From the NCBI RefSeq assembly GCF_963515875.1, contig NZ_CAUPZX010000004.1:8461-72460 (forward strand): DNA of 64,000 bases, read 5' to 3'. Origin of the DNA: an uncultured Gemella sp. (lineage in GTDB: Bacteria; Bacillota; Bacilli; Staphylococcales; Gemellaceae). The notes under the pieces are model-generated. The model was not told the origin of the DNA. It saw only the letters and a list, made by a program, of their open reading frames with translations, and searched no databases. Of the stretch, positions 32,096 to 43,459 are shown piece after piece (the first letter of the stretch is position 1; each line of letters opens with the position of its first letter). The position numbers were made by a program, and so were the translations under genes.

Positions 32096-32553
32096 AAAAA
32101 AAGATACTAGTTATAATACATAATAATAAAGTGTATTACTAATAATTAATGTTTTTCATAAAAAATTGATTATGTATATGCAACTATTAAAAGAAAATAA
32201 TTTATTAAAATTTTTATAATTTTTGCGTAAAATATAAAATATAGACGAATAATTTTTTATAAAATATAGTTTGATATGCTATAAATATTCGTTTAAAATT
32301 TGAAACAGATTTTTATAGAAAATAATACAGGTGTTTTTCAAGTTTCTTTTCTTTAGTAAATTTAACACTTATTTTCACGAAAAAAATGTTAAATAGATTC
32401 TAAAAAAGCTTATTTTTAAGTTATTAATAAATATAAAATATTACAAAATAAAGAAAATATTTTCATCATAACTTTCATTAAAAAAAACGCTTTCATTTTG
32501 TAAGATTGTATGTTATTATATAAGTACAGAGAAAAACTAAGGAGGTAAGGGAA

Positions 32554-33669
32554 ATGATTATCGGAGTACCAAAAGAAATAAAAAACAATGAAAGTAGAGT
32601 GTCTGCTATACCTGGAGTAGTAAATGAGTTAGTACTAGATGGACACACTGTTTACGTGGAAAAAGGAGCAGGTTTAGCTTCAGGAATTACGGATTCGGAG
32701 TATGAGAAAGCAGGAGCAATTTTATTAGAAAATGCAGAGGATGTTTGGAATAAATCAGACTTGATTTATAAAGTAAAAGAACCTATTTCATCAGAGTACA
32801 AATATTTTAGAAAAGGACTAATAATTTATACTTATTTACATTTAGCAGCAGATTCAGAATTAACAAAAGCGATGGTAGAATCAGGTACTATCGGTATTGC
32901 GTTTGAGACAGTAAAAGTAGGAAGAACATTACCATTATTGAGACCAATGAGTGAAATAGCAGGAAGAATGGCTATTCAAGAAGGAACTAGATTCTTATCT
33001 AAAGTACAAGGCGGTAAAGGTAAGTTATTACAAGGTGTACCTGGAGTGCAACCAGGGCATGTGGTTGTTATAGGAGCAGGTGTAGCTGGAACTGCGGCAG
33101 CAACAGCAGCAGCAGGTCTTGGAGCACGCGTTACAATGCTTGACGTTAATTTAGATCGACTAACAGAATTGTCTCATATCTTTGGAGGTAAAGTAGAAAC
33201 AGTTTACTCTAATAAATTAAATATTGCTAATGCTATAAAAACAGCAGATCTAGTAGTAAGTACAGTGTTAATTCCAGGGGCTAAAGCACCAAAACTTGTA
33301 ACGAAAGAGATGATTAAAGATATGCCAGATGGTGGTGTTATTGTAGACGTAGCGATTGACCAAGGTGGAACAACTGAATATACTGAAGGTCGTCCTACAA
33401 GCCACGATAAACCTATTTTCGTAGAAGAAGGAGTACTTCATTATTCAGTGGCTAATATACCTGGTGCTGTAGCAGAAACTGCAACGTATGCATTGTGTAA
33501 CGCAACTGCTAAGTATGTAAAAGTTATAGCGAAACTAGGAGTTAAAGAAGCAGTAGTAAGATTCCCAGAGTTAGTACCTGGAGTAAACGTAGCTAATGGG
33601 AAAGTAACATTTAAAGCTGTTGCAGATGATTTAGGATATGAATACACTCCAGTAGAGCAAGCTTTGTAA
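32554..33669 (+). CDS. ald: Alanine dehydrogenase
   Basis: GVPKEIKNNE, KVKEP, LPLLRPMSEIAG, DVAIDQGG, VANIPGAV. Confidence 0.96.
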   Translation: MIIGVPKEIKNNESRVSAIPGVVNELVLDGHTVYVEKGAGLASGITDSEYEKAGAILLENAEDVWNKSDLIYKVKEPISSEYKYFRKGLIIYTYLHLAADSELTKAMVESGTIGIAFETVKVGRTLPLLRPMSEIAGRMAIQEGTRFLSKVQGGKGKLLQGVPGVQPGHVVVIGAGVAGTAAATAAAGLGARVTMLDVNLDRLTELSHIFGGKVETVYSNKLNIANAIKTADLVVSTVLIPGAKAPKLVTKEMIKDMPDGGVIVDVAIDQGGTTEYTEGRPTSHDKPIFVEEGVLHYSVANIPGAVAETATYALCNATAKYVKVIAKLGVKEAVVRFPELVPGVNVANGKVTFKAVADDLGYEYTPVEQAL

Positions 33670-33713
33670 TATAATAATAAAAATCAAAAATATAAAATAG
33701 TTATATTGTAGAG

Positions 33714-33881
33714 AAAGTGGGATTGACTCTAAAGTACTAGATTTTGAGATAGTTTACATAAAGACTCATAGACGCAGTGATTTATTGATATCTAAATTCC
33801 CTTTATAAAAGCTTTTTAGACATTTAATACGCTTTGCGGGGGGTGACTCAACAAAATCGATTTCTGAGTCACTCCCACTTC
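33714..33881. repeat. Dispersed palindromic repeat, copy C (longest)
   Basis: Outer IR AAGTGGGATTGACTC/GAGTCACTCCCACTT; internal ACTCATAGACGCAGTGATTTATTGAT...GGGGTGACTCAACAAAATCGATTTCT matches copy A. Confidence 0.85.
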
Positions 33882-34066
33882 TTTCTTAGAAGCATATAGC
33901 AAATAAAATATAAAGTTCAATATATTATTTTATTAAGTTATTTATTAATCTTTTTTTCTTTACTTACATAAGTAGAAGACATAGTAGTAAATATTATTTA
34001 ACTATGGTATAATTAGTAAATAATATTAATAGGGGAGAATATTTATTTAAAATTAGGAGGATATTT

Positions 34067-35437
34067 ATGAGCGTTTTTAGAAAAAAATCAATTGACTCAA
34101 TTTTAGCAGAATCTAAAAACAAAACGTTAACTCCAACGATGAAAACTATGGACTTGGTTTTATTCGGAATTGGAGCGATTATTGGATCGGGTATTTTGGT
34201 ATTAACAGGGAAAGCTTCAGCAGAAGCCGGACCGGCAGTAGTGTTCTCATTCTTAATCGCAGGGTTAGCGTGTTGTTTAGCAGCACTTTGTTATGCAGAA
34301 TTAGCATCAACAATACCATCAAGTGGTAGTACTTATACATATTTATATGTTTCAGTTGGTGAAATTGTAGCTTATACTATAGGATGGGTGTTAATAGGAG
34401 GATATGTCTTAACAGCCGCAACGGTAGCTAATGGATGGTCGAGTTACTTCTCACGTTTATTAGCGGGATTAGGAGTTGAAATTCCAAAAGAGTTTTATAC
34501 TTTACCTGCATTAGGAGGCTATGGAAATATTCCAGCTATTATCATTGTACTTTTAATTACTTTTATACTATCTAAAGGAACATCAAGTAGTAAACTTGTT
34601 AATAACTTGATGGTAGCAGCAAAAGTTGGTATTGTAGTTCTATTCATCGTTGTAGGAGTATTCTATGTAGAACCAACAAACTGGACTAATAACTTCGCAC
34701 CTTCTGGGTTTTCTGGAGTTATGTTAGCAGCAACTACAGTGTTCTTCGCATATTTAGGGTTTGATGCGATTTCGACTTCAGCAGAAGAAACAATCAATCC
34801 AGAAAAAGCTTTGCCAAAAGCTATTATTATCACAATGTTAATTTGTACAACATTCTATATCTTAGTATGTTTAGTACTTACTGGTGTTGTTGAGTATAGC
34901 AGACTTGGTACTGGAGATGCATTAGCATTCGTATTAGAAGAAGTAGGACAAAACAAAGTAGCTGGTATCGTTTCTCTTGGAGCCGTTATTGGTCTTATGG
35001 CTGGTATCTTATCATTCATGTATGCTGGAATCCGTATTACATATACAATCGCACGTGATGGACTATTACCAGAAGGATTAACAAAAGTTAACTCTAATAA
35101 AGTACCTAGTACGGTAACATGGGGATTAGGAATTCTAACGGCTTTACTGGCAGGATTCTTACCTTTAGGAAAACTAGCAGATCTTGCTAACGTTGCATCA
35201 ATTATTGCATTTGCATTGGTAAGTTACACAACTATTGTTTTCTACAAAAAATTCCCAGATTTAAAACGTGGATTTAAAGTTCCTGGTATGCCAGTATTAC
35301 CAATTATTTCTATAATCCTATTTGGTGCATTATTATATAGTGTAACATTAACAACATGGATTATCTTTGTTGTATGGGTTATTGTAGGTATGATCGTTTA
35401 CTTCACATTCTCATATAAAAATAGTAAACTAAGATAA
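34067..35437 (+). CDS. APC-family amino acid permease (CAT/YfnA-like)
   Basis: GIGAIIGSGI, AGPAV, LCYAELAS.IP.SG, FFAYLGFD, RDGLLP. Confidence 0.92.
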   Translation: MSVFRKKSIDSILAESKNKTLTPTMKTMDLVLFGIGAIIGSGILVLTGKASAEAGPAVVFSFLIAGLACCLAALCYAELASTIPSSGSTYTYLYVSVGEIVAYTIGWVLIGGYVLTAATVANGWSSYFSRLLAGLGVEIPKEFYTLPALGGYGNIPAIIIVLLITFILSKGTSSSKLVNNLMVAAKVGIVVLFIVVGVFYVEPTNWTNNFAPSGFSGVMLAATTVFFAYLGFDAISTSAEETINPEKALPKAIIITMLICTTFYILVCLVLTGVVEYSRLGTGDALAFVLEEVGQNKVAGIVSLGAVIGLMAGILSFMYAGIRITYTIARDGLLPEGLTKVNSNKVPSTVTWGLGILTALLAGFLPLGKLADLANVASIIAFALVSYTTIVFYKKFPDLKRGFKVPGMPVLPIISIILFGALLYSVTLTTWIIFVVWVIVGMIVYFTFSYKNSKLR

Positions 35438-35503
35438 CAAAATAGAGAGGCTATAGCGTTTGGCTATAGTCTCTTTAAATAATATTACTAAAATTATTAT
35501 CTT

Positions 35504-36049
35504 CTACAAATTAGACCAAAGGTTACGTTTGTTACTTTTGGCTTTATTTTGTGCTTTCTTATAACGTTCAAGATATCTAACATCTGGTGGATGAACATAT
35601 TTAATTTCAGCTAAACCTGCAGTTAATAGTTCTTCTTGGACACTTTTTCCATCGGCATAAACATAACATAAACCTCTATGATACTTATCTTCTTTTTGAT
35701 ATACATCAAATTCAATTTCTACAGTCTTAGCATTCTGTAAAAGTTTACCATTAAGTTCACTTGCTTCTGGTCCATATTTTTGCACTTTGACACCAGGTTT
35801 AACAGTTTCAGGAGTATCGATTAGTAAATATCTAATTTTCAAATCTTTATTATTAAATTTCACTATAATTGTATCTCCATCAATTTTTTTTATGAATTTG
35901 ACCTTATACCTAGTATTATCTCCCTTAACTAGAATACCATTTATAGTTGTTTCCTTATAGTTTTCCCCGTGTGAATTATAAATGGTTAGTATTAATGATG
36001 AAATACCAACAAATAGTATAAAAAATATTATAAAAACTTTCTTATTCAT
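35504..36049 (-). CDS. Thermonuclease (SNase) family nuclease with N-terminal TM/signal
   Basis: IDGDT, IRYLLIDTPE, DKYHRGLCYVY, A..NK.NLWS. Confidence 0.9.
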   Translation of the reverse strand: MNKKVFIIFFILFVGISSLILTIYNSHGENYKETTINGILVKGDNTRYKVKFIKKIDGDTIIVKFNNKDLKIRYLLIDTPETVKPGVKVQKYGPEASELNGKLLQNAKTVEIEFDVYQKEDKYHRGLCYVYADGKSVQEELLTAGLAEIKYVHPPDVRYLERYKKAQNKAKSNKRNLWSNL

Positions 36050-36205
36050 AAAAACACCTCCCTTATTAATAATTTTAGCACTTTTGATTGAGGTTATAAA
36101 GGGATAGGATATAAATAAATTGTAAAATTCAAACTAAAAGAGAATGGAAAAAACAATAAAGGACTTACCTTAATCATAACTCAGGTAAATCCTTTTTATA
36201 TATTT

Positions 36206-37567
36206 CTACTTCATTATCTCCTCAATAATCATTTCTAACTTCATAGATCGACTAGCTTTGAATAAGATAACTTCGTTTTTATGTTTGTTATTTTTTAGAT
36301 ATTCACTGACTTCTGCAGTTGTAGGGAAGTGTAGTGTTTTTATTTTATCGTTTTTAATTTGTTTAGTAATGTTTTCAGCTAATTCTCCAACGCTAATTAC
36401 TAGGTTAATATCTTTTGTATTGTTAGAAATGTATTCACCGACATCTCCATGGAAGTTAATTTCATTTGGGCCAAGTTCAAACATACTTCCTAATACTAGA
36501 GTTTTATAATCAAAATCATCAAAGCTATTTACAACATCAACAGCAGCTTTCATAGATGTAGGGCTAGCATTATAAGCATCGTTGATAATTAGAGAATCCT
36601 CTTTGTAAGAGATGCTTTGTAGACGCATTCCTGTGATTTCAACTGTATTTTCAATAGTTTTTCGAATTTCTTCGTTTGTTAATCCGATTTTACTTGCGAT
36701 TGCTATTGCGAACATAATGTTATATAAATTATGTTTACCTTTTAATTTAGTAAAGTAATGTTCCTCACTTATATTTAGTTTGAAATCAATCTTATCACGA
36801 GCAATAGTATAATTTTCTAAAATAATATCATTATAGCTATTTTCACCGCAAGCTGTAGCCTTAACATCAGATGATTCTACTAATGTTTTTAGAAGTATCT
36901 CATCTCCATTATAAACGAAATATCCGTCTTTTTTCATGCTGTTAGTAATTTCAAACTTAGCTTTAGCAATTCCTTCTCGTGATTTGAAGAATTCAATGTG
37001 ACTTTCACCGATATTAGTAATTACTGTATAATCAGGTTCAACCATTTTTGATAAGAAGTCTAATTGACCAAATCCATCGGCTCCCATTTCAAGTACTAGT
37101 ATTTCACTGTCCTCTGGTGCTGCAAGAATAGTTAATGGTACTCCAAGTTCATTATTAAAGTTTCCTTGTGTTTTGTGAACTTTAAATTTTGTAGAAAGGA
37201 CACTAGTAATAATATCTTTTGTCGTAGTTTTTCCATTGCTACCTGTAATAGCGACAGTTTTAGCTTTTAAGCTATTTAGATAGTGTTTTGCTAAAGTTTG
37301 AATAGCTTCATAGCTATCATTAACATAGATAATATTATTATCAGATTCAAAATCCTCTTTTAGCGATAAACATGCTGCTGCACCTTTTTCAAAGGCACTT
37401 TTTATATAATTGTGACCATCTACATTTTCACCTAAGAAAGGGATGAATAAATCCCCTTTTTTAACTTTTCTGCTGTCAATAGCGATGCCAGTAATTTCTA
37501 CGTCTCTAGTAATATTTACCTTTTTTGCATTTAATATTTTTTCTAAATCTGTAACTAAATATTTCAT
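36206..37567 (-). CDS. murF: UDP-MurNAc-tripeptide--D-Ala-D-Ala ligase
   Basis: ITGSNGKTTTK, NFNNELGVPLT, NDAYNASP, KASR. Confidence 0.95.
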   Translation of the reverse strand: MKYLVTDLEKILNAKKVNITRDVEITGIAIDSRKVKKGDLFIPFLGENVDGHNYIKSAFEKGAAACLSLKEDFESDNNIIYVNDSYEAIQTLAKHYLNSLKAKTVAITGSNGKTTTKDIITSVLSTKFKVHKTQGNFNNELGVPLTILAAPEDSEILVLEMGADGFGQLDFLSKMVEPDYTVITNIGESHIEFFKSREGIAKAKFEITNSMKKDGYFVYNGDEILLKTLVESSDVKATACGENSYNDIILENYTIARDKIDFKLNISEEHYFTKLKGKHNLYNIMFAIAIASKIGLTNEEIRKTIENTVEITGMRLQSISYKEDSLIINDAYNASPTSMKAAVDVVNSFDDFDYKTLVLGSMFELGPNEINFHGDVGEYISNNTKDINLVISVGELAENITKQIKNDKIKTLHFPTTAEVSEYLKNNKHKNEVILFKASRSMKLEMIIEEIMK

Positions 37568-37575
37568 GGTTAATC

Positions 37576-38643
37576 CTATTCTTCAGTTAATAAGTTTTTA
37601 CGATCTTCATAACGTTCAACAGCTAGTGCGAATAGTTCTTCGATAATTTCAGAATAACTTACATTCATATTTGCCCATAGCGAAGGGAACATTGAGAATG
37701 GAGTAAATCCTGGCATTGTATTTACTTCGTTAATGAAAATTTCTCCTTCTTTTGTATAGAAGAAGTCAGCACGTACTAATCCAGACCCGCTAATTGCACG
37801 GAAAGCAGTTGTTGCCATTTCTCTAAATTTAGGATATAGGGTAGTATCTATAGGAGCTGGAATATCCATACGTGATTGTCCATCAGTATATTTTGTCTCA
37901 TAATCGTAGAATTCAGTAGTTGAAATATTTACGATTTCTCCAGGATCTGTAGTTTTAATCTCATTATAACCTAAAACTGCAACCTCGATTTCTTTAGCAC
38001 CTACGGCACCTTGTTCTACTACGATTTTTTTATCAAATTTAAGAGCTTCTTCGATACCGCTAACTAAAGCTGCTTCATCGTTACAACGACTAATACCTAC
38101 TGAAGATCCTAAATTTGCAGGCTTAACAAACACAGGATAATTTAGTTTTTCAGTAATTTCAGAAATAATAGCTTCTTTTTTATTTTTCCATGTATACTCG
38201 ATAAAGTGAACGTAAGGAAGTTGAGGTAAATCATATGCTGCGAATAATTGTTTCATAACGACCTTGTCCATACCAGCAGCACTAGATAGAACGTTATTAC
38301 CAACATAAGCAATGTCCATTATTTCTAATAGTCCTTGAATAGTTCCATCCTCACCATTTGGTCCATGAAGAACAGGGAATACAATATCAAACTTGCGTCC
38401 ATCTTCGAATAGTAATCCGCTAATATCATTATCAAAATTTGAGAATACTAGGTTGTGTTGATCTGTTACTTCAGAAGTTATTTTTTCTCCACGAGCCCAA
38501 GCGCCTTCTAATGAGATAAAGATTGGGAATACATTGTATTTTTCTTTGTCAATTGCGTTAATTATAGATTTTGCTGTTAATAGTGATACAGAGTGTTCAG
38601 CACTTTTACCACCGTATATAATTCCAATATTTTGTTTAGTCAT
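37576..38643 (-). CDS. ddl: D-alanine--D-alanine ligase
   Basis: GGKSAEHSVS, LHGPNGEDG, GSSVG, FYDYETKY, NEVNTMPG. Confidence 0.96.
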   Translation of the reverse strand: MTKQNIGIIYGGKSAEHSVSLLTAKSIINAIDKEKYNVFPIFISLEGAWARGEKITSEVTDQHNLVFSNFDNDISGLLFEDGRKFDIVFPVLHGPNGEDGTIQGLLEIMDIAYVGNNVLSSAAGMDKVVMKQLFAAYDLPQLPYVHFIEYTWKNKKEAIISEITEKLNYPVFVKPANLGSSVGISRCNDEAALVSGIEEALKFDKKIVVEQGAVGAKEIEVAVLGYNEIKTTDPGEIVNISTTEFYDYETKYTDGQSRMDIPAPIDTTLYPKFREMATTAFRAISGSGLVRADFFYTKEGEIFINEVNTMPGFTPFSMFPSLWANMNVSYSEIIEELFALAVERYEDRKNLLTEE

Positions 38644-39071
38644 GTTTTAATCTCCTAAGAAATAAAAATTGTATTTGTTTTATTAGTTTTCATAGTGGTA
38701 TAACACTATGATTTTCTTTTAAATTGAATTTTTTACTAACTAATGTAATATCAATCAAAAGTTATACCACTTATTATATCACAAAATTTAAAAAGTAGAG
38801 TAGTTTTATAAGTTATCTAAAGAAATTTTTTAAAATTATTAGAATATTTTGCTAAAAGTTATAAAAAAGAATGATTCAAAAATAAATTTTTATATTCGAA
38901 TCATTCAGTATCAATTAGATAATTGTTAAATATTTTATATGATATATGAGAAAAATAAGTTTATTATTTAGTAATACTTTGGTATTAATAGTAAAGTAAA
39001 ATGTTTTCTATTTACTAAATCTGAATTTATAATATTTGAAATAATATGCTTATTCTAATTTATATAGTCGC

Positions 39072-41072
39072 TTAGAGTTTATATTTTTCCTTAAGTTCTG
39101 CAATAGTATCACGTAGTTTCGCAGCTTGTTCAAATTCGAATTTTTCTGCTGCAGCAAACATTTGTTGTTCTAGTTCTGCTAAATGTTCTTCAATATTGTC
39201 ATCAGTAATGTTAGTAGTTTCTTCAAGTTCCAGAACTTCTTCGTCTTTAATGACCTCTTTTTTAGGGCTAATAGAATCTCGAATATCTTTGATAATTGTT
39301 TGAGGAATTATTCCGTGTTCTTCATTATAAGCCATTTGAATCTCACGACGACGATTTGTTTCATCGATTGCTTTTTTCATACTTTTTGTAATATTATCAG
39401 CGTACATAATTACTCGTCCATTAGCGTTACGAGCAGCACGTCCAATGGTTTGAAGAAGTGCCTTATCCCCACGTAAAAATCCTTCTTTATCAGCATCTAA
39501 AATAGCAACAAGAGAAACTTCAGGAATATCTAAACCTTCACGCAGTAGGTTGATACCGATAAGAATATCAAACTTACCTAGGCGCAGATTTCTAATTATT
39601 TCTGTACGTTCTAATGTTTTTATATCAGAATGAAGATATTCAACTTTTAGTCCATTTTCTTTCAGATAAGCAGTAAGAGATTCTGCCATTTTCTTCGTAA
39701 GAGTAGTGATTAGAACACGTTCGCCCTTAGCGATAATTTTCTCAGCTTCTTTTGTTATGTCAAATACTTGATCACTAACTGGTCGTATATCTATGATTGG
39801 ATCTAACAATCCTGTAGGACGAATAATTTGTTCAGTGATTTTTGAGCTATTTTCTAATTCATAATCACCGGGTGTTGCAGATACAAAAATTGCTTGATTA
39901 AGTTTTTTCTCAAATTCCTCGAAGTTTAGTGGTCTATTATCTAAAGCTGTAGGTAATCTAAATCCATAATCTACAAGTACTTGCTTTCGAGCTCTATCTC
40001 CATTAAACATACCACGTACCTGAGGAAGGGTAACATGCGATTCATCAACAACTAAAAGCCAATCATCTGGGAAGTAGTCTAGTAAAGTATAGGGTGTACT
40101 ACCAGGTTCACGTAATGTAAGATGAAGAGAGTAGTTCTCTATACCAGAACAAAAGCCCATTTCTTCCATCATCTCTAAGTCGTAGTTAGTGCGTTGTTCA
40201 AGACGCTGAGCTTCTAAAAGTTTATTTTCCATATTTAATACTTTTAATCTATCTTCAAGTTCAGCTCGTATTCTCTTAATAGCCTTTTTAGTTTTTTCGT
40301 CTCCAGCTACGAAGTGACTGGCAGGATAAATTGCTATATGCTCAAGTTCACTTAACACTTCTCCAGTTAATGGATTAATCTCACGAATGCGATCGATTTC
40401 ATCACCGAACATCTCAATACGAACAGAATTTTCACTACGAGAAGCAGGGAATATTTCGATTACATCACCACGAACTCTAAATGTACCACGCGTAAATTCA
40501 ATATCATTTCTCATATACTGAATACTTATAAGTTTTTCTAATATTTTATTACGAGAAATTTCATCACCAACTCGCAATGAAAGCACAAGAGAAGAATATT
40601 CCTCAGGAGATCCAAGACCATATATACAGCTAACACTTGAAACAATAATTACATCATCACGATCAAATAGAGAAGATGTTGCGCTATGGCGTAGTTTATC
40701 GATTTCATCATTTACTGATGAGTCTTTTTCTATATACGTATCTGTCGAAGGAACATACGCTTCTGGTTGAAAGTAGTCATAGTATGAAACAAAGTACTCA
40801 ACTCGGTTGTTTGGGAAAAATTCTTTTAGCTCATTGTATAATTGTCCAGCTAGTGTTTTATTATGAGCTAGAACTAAAGTAGGTTTTCCTACATTTCTGA
40901 CGATATTAGCTATAGTGAAAGTTTTTCCCGTACCAGTAGCTCCAAGTAATGTTTGATATTTTTCTCCATTATTTAATCCATCTGTAAGTTCAGCGATAGC
41001 GTTTATCTGATCACCTTTTGGATCATACTTACTCTGAAGATCAAAATCAACGTGTAATCTATTAATTTCCAA
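39072..41072 (-). CDS. uvrB: Excinuclease ABC subunit B
   Basis: [35 protein letters not shown]-terminal UVR domain; probable TTG start at 41072 after SD AAGGAG (ORF open to 41090). Confidence 0.96.
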   Translation of the reverse strand: MEINRLHVDFDLQSKYDPKGDQINAIAELTDGLNNGEKYQTLLGATGTGKTFTIANIVRNVGKPTLVLAHNKTLAGQLYNELKEFFPNNRVEYFVSYYDYFQPEAYVPSTDTYIEKDSSVNDEIDKLRHSATSSLFDRDDVIIVSSVSCIYGLGSPEEYSSLVLSLRVGDEISRNKILEKLISIQYMRNDIEFTRGTFRVRGDVIEIFPASRSENSVRIEMFGDEIDRIREINPLTGEVLSELEHIAIYPASHFVAGDEKTKKAIKRIRAELEDRLKVLNMENKLLEAQRLEQRTNYDLEMMEEMGFCSGIENYSLHLTLREPGSTPYTLLDYFPDDWLLVVDESHVTLPQVRGMFNGDRARKQVLVDYGFRLPTALDNRPLNFEEFEKKLNQAIFVSATPGDYELENSSKITEQIIRPTGLLDPIIDIRPVSDQVFDITKEAEKIIAKGERVLITTLTKKMAESLTAYLKENGLKVEYLHSDIKTLERTEIIRNLRLGKFDILIGINLLREGLDIPEVSLVAILDADKEGFLRGDKALLQTIGRAARNANGRVIMYADNITKSMKKAIDETNRRREIQMAYNEEHGIIPQTIIKDIRDSISPKKEVIKDEEVLELEETTNITDDNIEEHLAELEQQMFAAAEKFEFEQAAKLRDTIAELKEKYKL

Positions 41073-41342
41073 AAAATCACTCCTTATCAAGTATATGTTT
41101 GTTGAGAATCTGTAGCTAACTCAACAATTTTTCTAAATTTTCATTTTTAGTTACTACAATATTATAATATAGATAGTTTGATAGTTAAAGTGAAAGAAAT
41201 TAACAATTTATATTTATATTTTTAAAAATCAAATCTGAATAAATATCTATAAACATTATATATCAATGGAATAGCTAGTATTACTATGTTATAATAATTA
41301 TATAGGAGATTAAAATTAAACATATTTGGGAGGTATGTAAAT

Positions 41343-42245
41343 ATGAGAAAAGTTAGACATGAGCATGTAAAACCAACTGAAGATTTAGTAGCGAAGAAAA
41401 TATTCTCAAATACTGAAATAACATCAGCCTTTGTCAGTGATATTCTAGGATTATCGGTTAAATGTTCGAAAATATTAGATGGTACTCAGATTCATTCAAG
41501 TTTTGAAGATGAGATATTACTATATAATACATCATTAGATGTTTTAGCTGAGTTAGATGACGGTACACAAGTTATTATAGAAATACAAGTAGCTAAGCAG
41601 TTGGAATTTTTAAAAAGATTGTGGGTATATATATGTAATCAGGTATCAAAAAATATGGATACAATAAGATTACAACTAGGACGAACTAATCCAATATATT
41701 CAGAATTGATACCAGTATATTCAGTTTCAATTTTGGAAAAAAATTATTTTGATGATGATAGAGCTATACGAAGTTTTAGTCTAAGGAATGATGATACAAA
41801 TGAACAACTAAAAGTCGATGTAAAAGGAATAAAAGAAAAAAGAAGTTTAATAACTATGGCATTTTTGGAGTTAGATAAATATAATCCAGATATAAATGAG
41901 AATTATAATAAAAAGAGATGGTTAGAGTTGTTTTCTAATCAACCGTTTACGCAAGGACAGGATGAAATTATCGAAAGTGCAGATAGTTTAATGGAGTATA
42001 AAAATTGGAGTGAGGAGGAAAAAACTATGTATGATGAGAAGACAAGGAAATATGATGCATATGTTGATGCATTGCAATATAAGTTTGTAGAAGGAATAGA
42101 ACAAGGAATAGAACAAGGAAGAAGTGAAGAGCGAAAGAATTCAATAGCTAGATTTATAAAATACGTAAAATTAGGAGTGATTTCCAAAGAAGATGCCTGC
42201 CTAGATTTAGGAATGACAGAAAAAGAGTTAGAACTATATTTGTAG
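41343..42245 (+). CDS. Rpn-family PD-(D/E)XK nuclease / putative transposase, copy 1
   Basis: DLVAKKIF, LDVLAELDDGTQVIIEIQ, FLELDK, C-terminal GIEQ repeats and helical tail. Confidence 0.85.
   Translation: MRKVRHEHVKPTEDLVAKKIFSNTEITSAFVSDILGLSVKCSKILDGTQIHSSFEDEILLYNTSLDVLAELDDGTQVIIEIQVAKQLEFLKRLWVYICNQVSKNMDTIRLQLGRTNPIYSELIPVYSVSILEKNYFDDDRAIRSFSLRNDDTNEQLKVDVKGIKEKRSLITMAFLELDKYNPDINENYNKKRWLELFSNQPFTQGQDEIIESADSLMEYKNWSEEEKTMYDEKTRKYDAYVDALQYKFVEGIEQGIEQGRSEERKNSIARFIKYVKLGVISKEDACLDLGMTEKELELYL
42027..42245 (+). CDS. Putative internally initiated small Rpn protein (72 aa, antitoxin-like)
   Basis: In-frame ATG 42027 with GAGGAGG at 42012-42018, 8 nt upstream. Confidence 0.55.
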   Translation: MYDEKTRKYDAYVDALQYKFVEGIEQGIEQGRSEERKNSIARFIKYVKLGVISKEDACLDLGMTEKELELYL

Positions 42246-42559
42246 TGAGAAATCTGTAAAATTGTGGTTATAATTTATTGTATGATCAAAAATTGTATAT
42301 AAAAATTGAGAGTAATATAGAGTTATAGTTTGAACAAATTAATTCTAATAGTTACTCTCATTTATTTGTAGACTGTGAGAATCTGTTCTTAAATAAAGAA
42401 GCGGAATTAATTCATTATTTTAATTACAATTGAAGTTTTTATCAATATATCACAAATGGCAAAATTAATACCATAATTTCAATCATTTCTACTATATTTT
42501 ATTTTGTTTTTTTGATTGTATATGTTAATATAGTATAGTATGAAAAAAAGGAGGAAGTA

Positions 42560-43459
42560 ATGGATACACAAAAAATTATATATACTTCACCAAAAAGTGA
42601 GAGAATTGACAAATTTATACAACAAGAATTAGTAGATGTTTCAAGAACTAATATCCAAAACTTAATTTCTGAAGGTTATATAAAAGTAGATGGGAATAAT
42701 ATTAAAACAAATTTTAAATTAAAAGATGGGAATGTTATTACTATTGATTATAAAGAACCTGAGGAATTAGATGTAGTGAAACAAGATATTCCTATAGATA
42801 TTGTTTATGAAGATAATGATTTAATTATCGTAAACAAAGCAAAAGGTATGGTTGTTCATCCGTCGGTTGGGCATAAAGATGGAACTCTAGTAAATGCGTT
42901 ATTATTCCATAGTGAACTATCAAGTATCAATGGTACTATCAGACCAGGTATTGTTCACAGAATTGATAAAGATACATCAGGTTTATTAATAGTTGCGAAA
43001 AATGACAAAGCTCATGTTAAGTTATCGGAAATGATTGCTAATAAAGACGTTAAGAGAAAATACTATGCGTTAGTTCATGGTAGTATCAAACACGACTATG
43101 GAACGATTGATGCACCGATTGCTCGTAATCCGAAAGAACGAAAAGAAATGGCGATTATCGACGAAGGGAAACCATCTATCACACATTTCAAAGTTGTAGA
43201 TAGGTTCGAAAAATATACGCTTATCGAATGTGAATTAGAAACTGGACGTACTCACCAGATTAGAGTACATATGAAATATATTAATCACCCATTAGTAGGA
43301 GATCCAGTTTATGGTCCAAGAAAAACATTAAACACTAATGGGCAAGCACTTCATTCAAAAAGTATTGAATTTAATCATCCAATCACAGGTGAACACTTAT
43401 ACTTCGAAACAGAAATACCAGAGTATATGGTAGAAACAATGGCGAAGTTAGATAAATAA
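42560..43459 (+). CDS. RluA/RluD-family pseudouridine synthase
   Basis: S4 domain, RPGIVHRIDKDTSGL, LETGRTHQIRVH. Confidence 0.95.
   Translation: MDTQKIIYTSPKSERIDKFIQQELVDVSRTNIQNLISEGYIKVDGNNIKTNFKLKDGNVITIDYKEPEELDVVKQDIPIDIVYEDNDLIIVNKAKGMVVHPSVGHKDGTLVNALLFHSELSSINGTIRPGIVHRIDKDTSGLLIVAKNDKAHVKLSEMIANKDVKRKYYALVHGSIKHDYGTIDAPIARNPKERKEMAIIDEGKPSITHFKVVDRFEKYTLIECELETGRTHQIRVHMKYINHPLVGDPVYGPRKTLNTNGQALHSKSIEFNHPITGEHLYFETEIPEYMVETMAKLDK

Noticed and set aside
32104..32553. Long AT-rich intergenic stretches (also 520-817 and 38644-39071) as possible origin or sRNA
   Set aside because: No DnaA-box cluster, iterons, ORF or strong structure recognisable by eye
37576..38643. ddl as a Van-type D-Ala-D-Lac ligase
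   Set aside because: Omega loop has Tyr (FYDYETKY), the gene is paired with murF, and there are no van accessory genes
41085..41105. LexA box upstream of uvrB
   Set aside because: Best candidate (CAAACATATACTTG on the minus strand) deviates too far from GAAC-N4-GTTC
41103..42386. 11-bp direct repeat TGAGAATCTGT flanking Rpn copy 1 as a possible target duplication
   Set aside because: Short enough to arise by chance, no terminal IRs next to it, and the left copy lies in the uvrB 5' region
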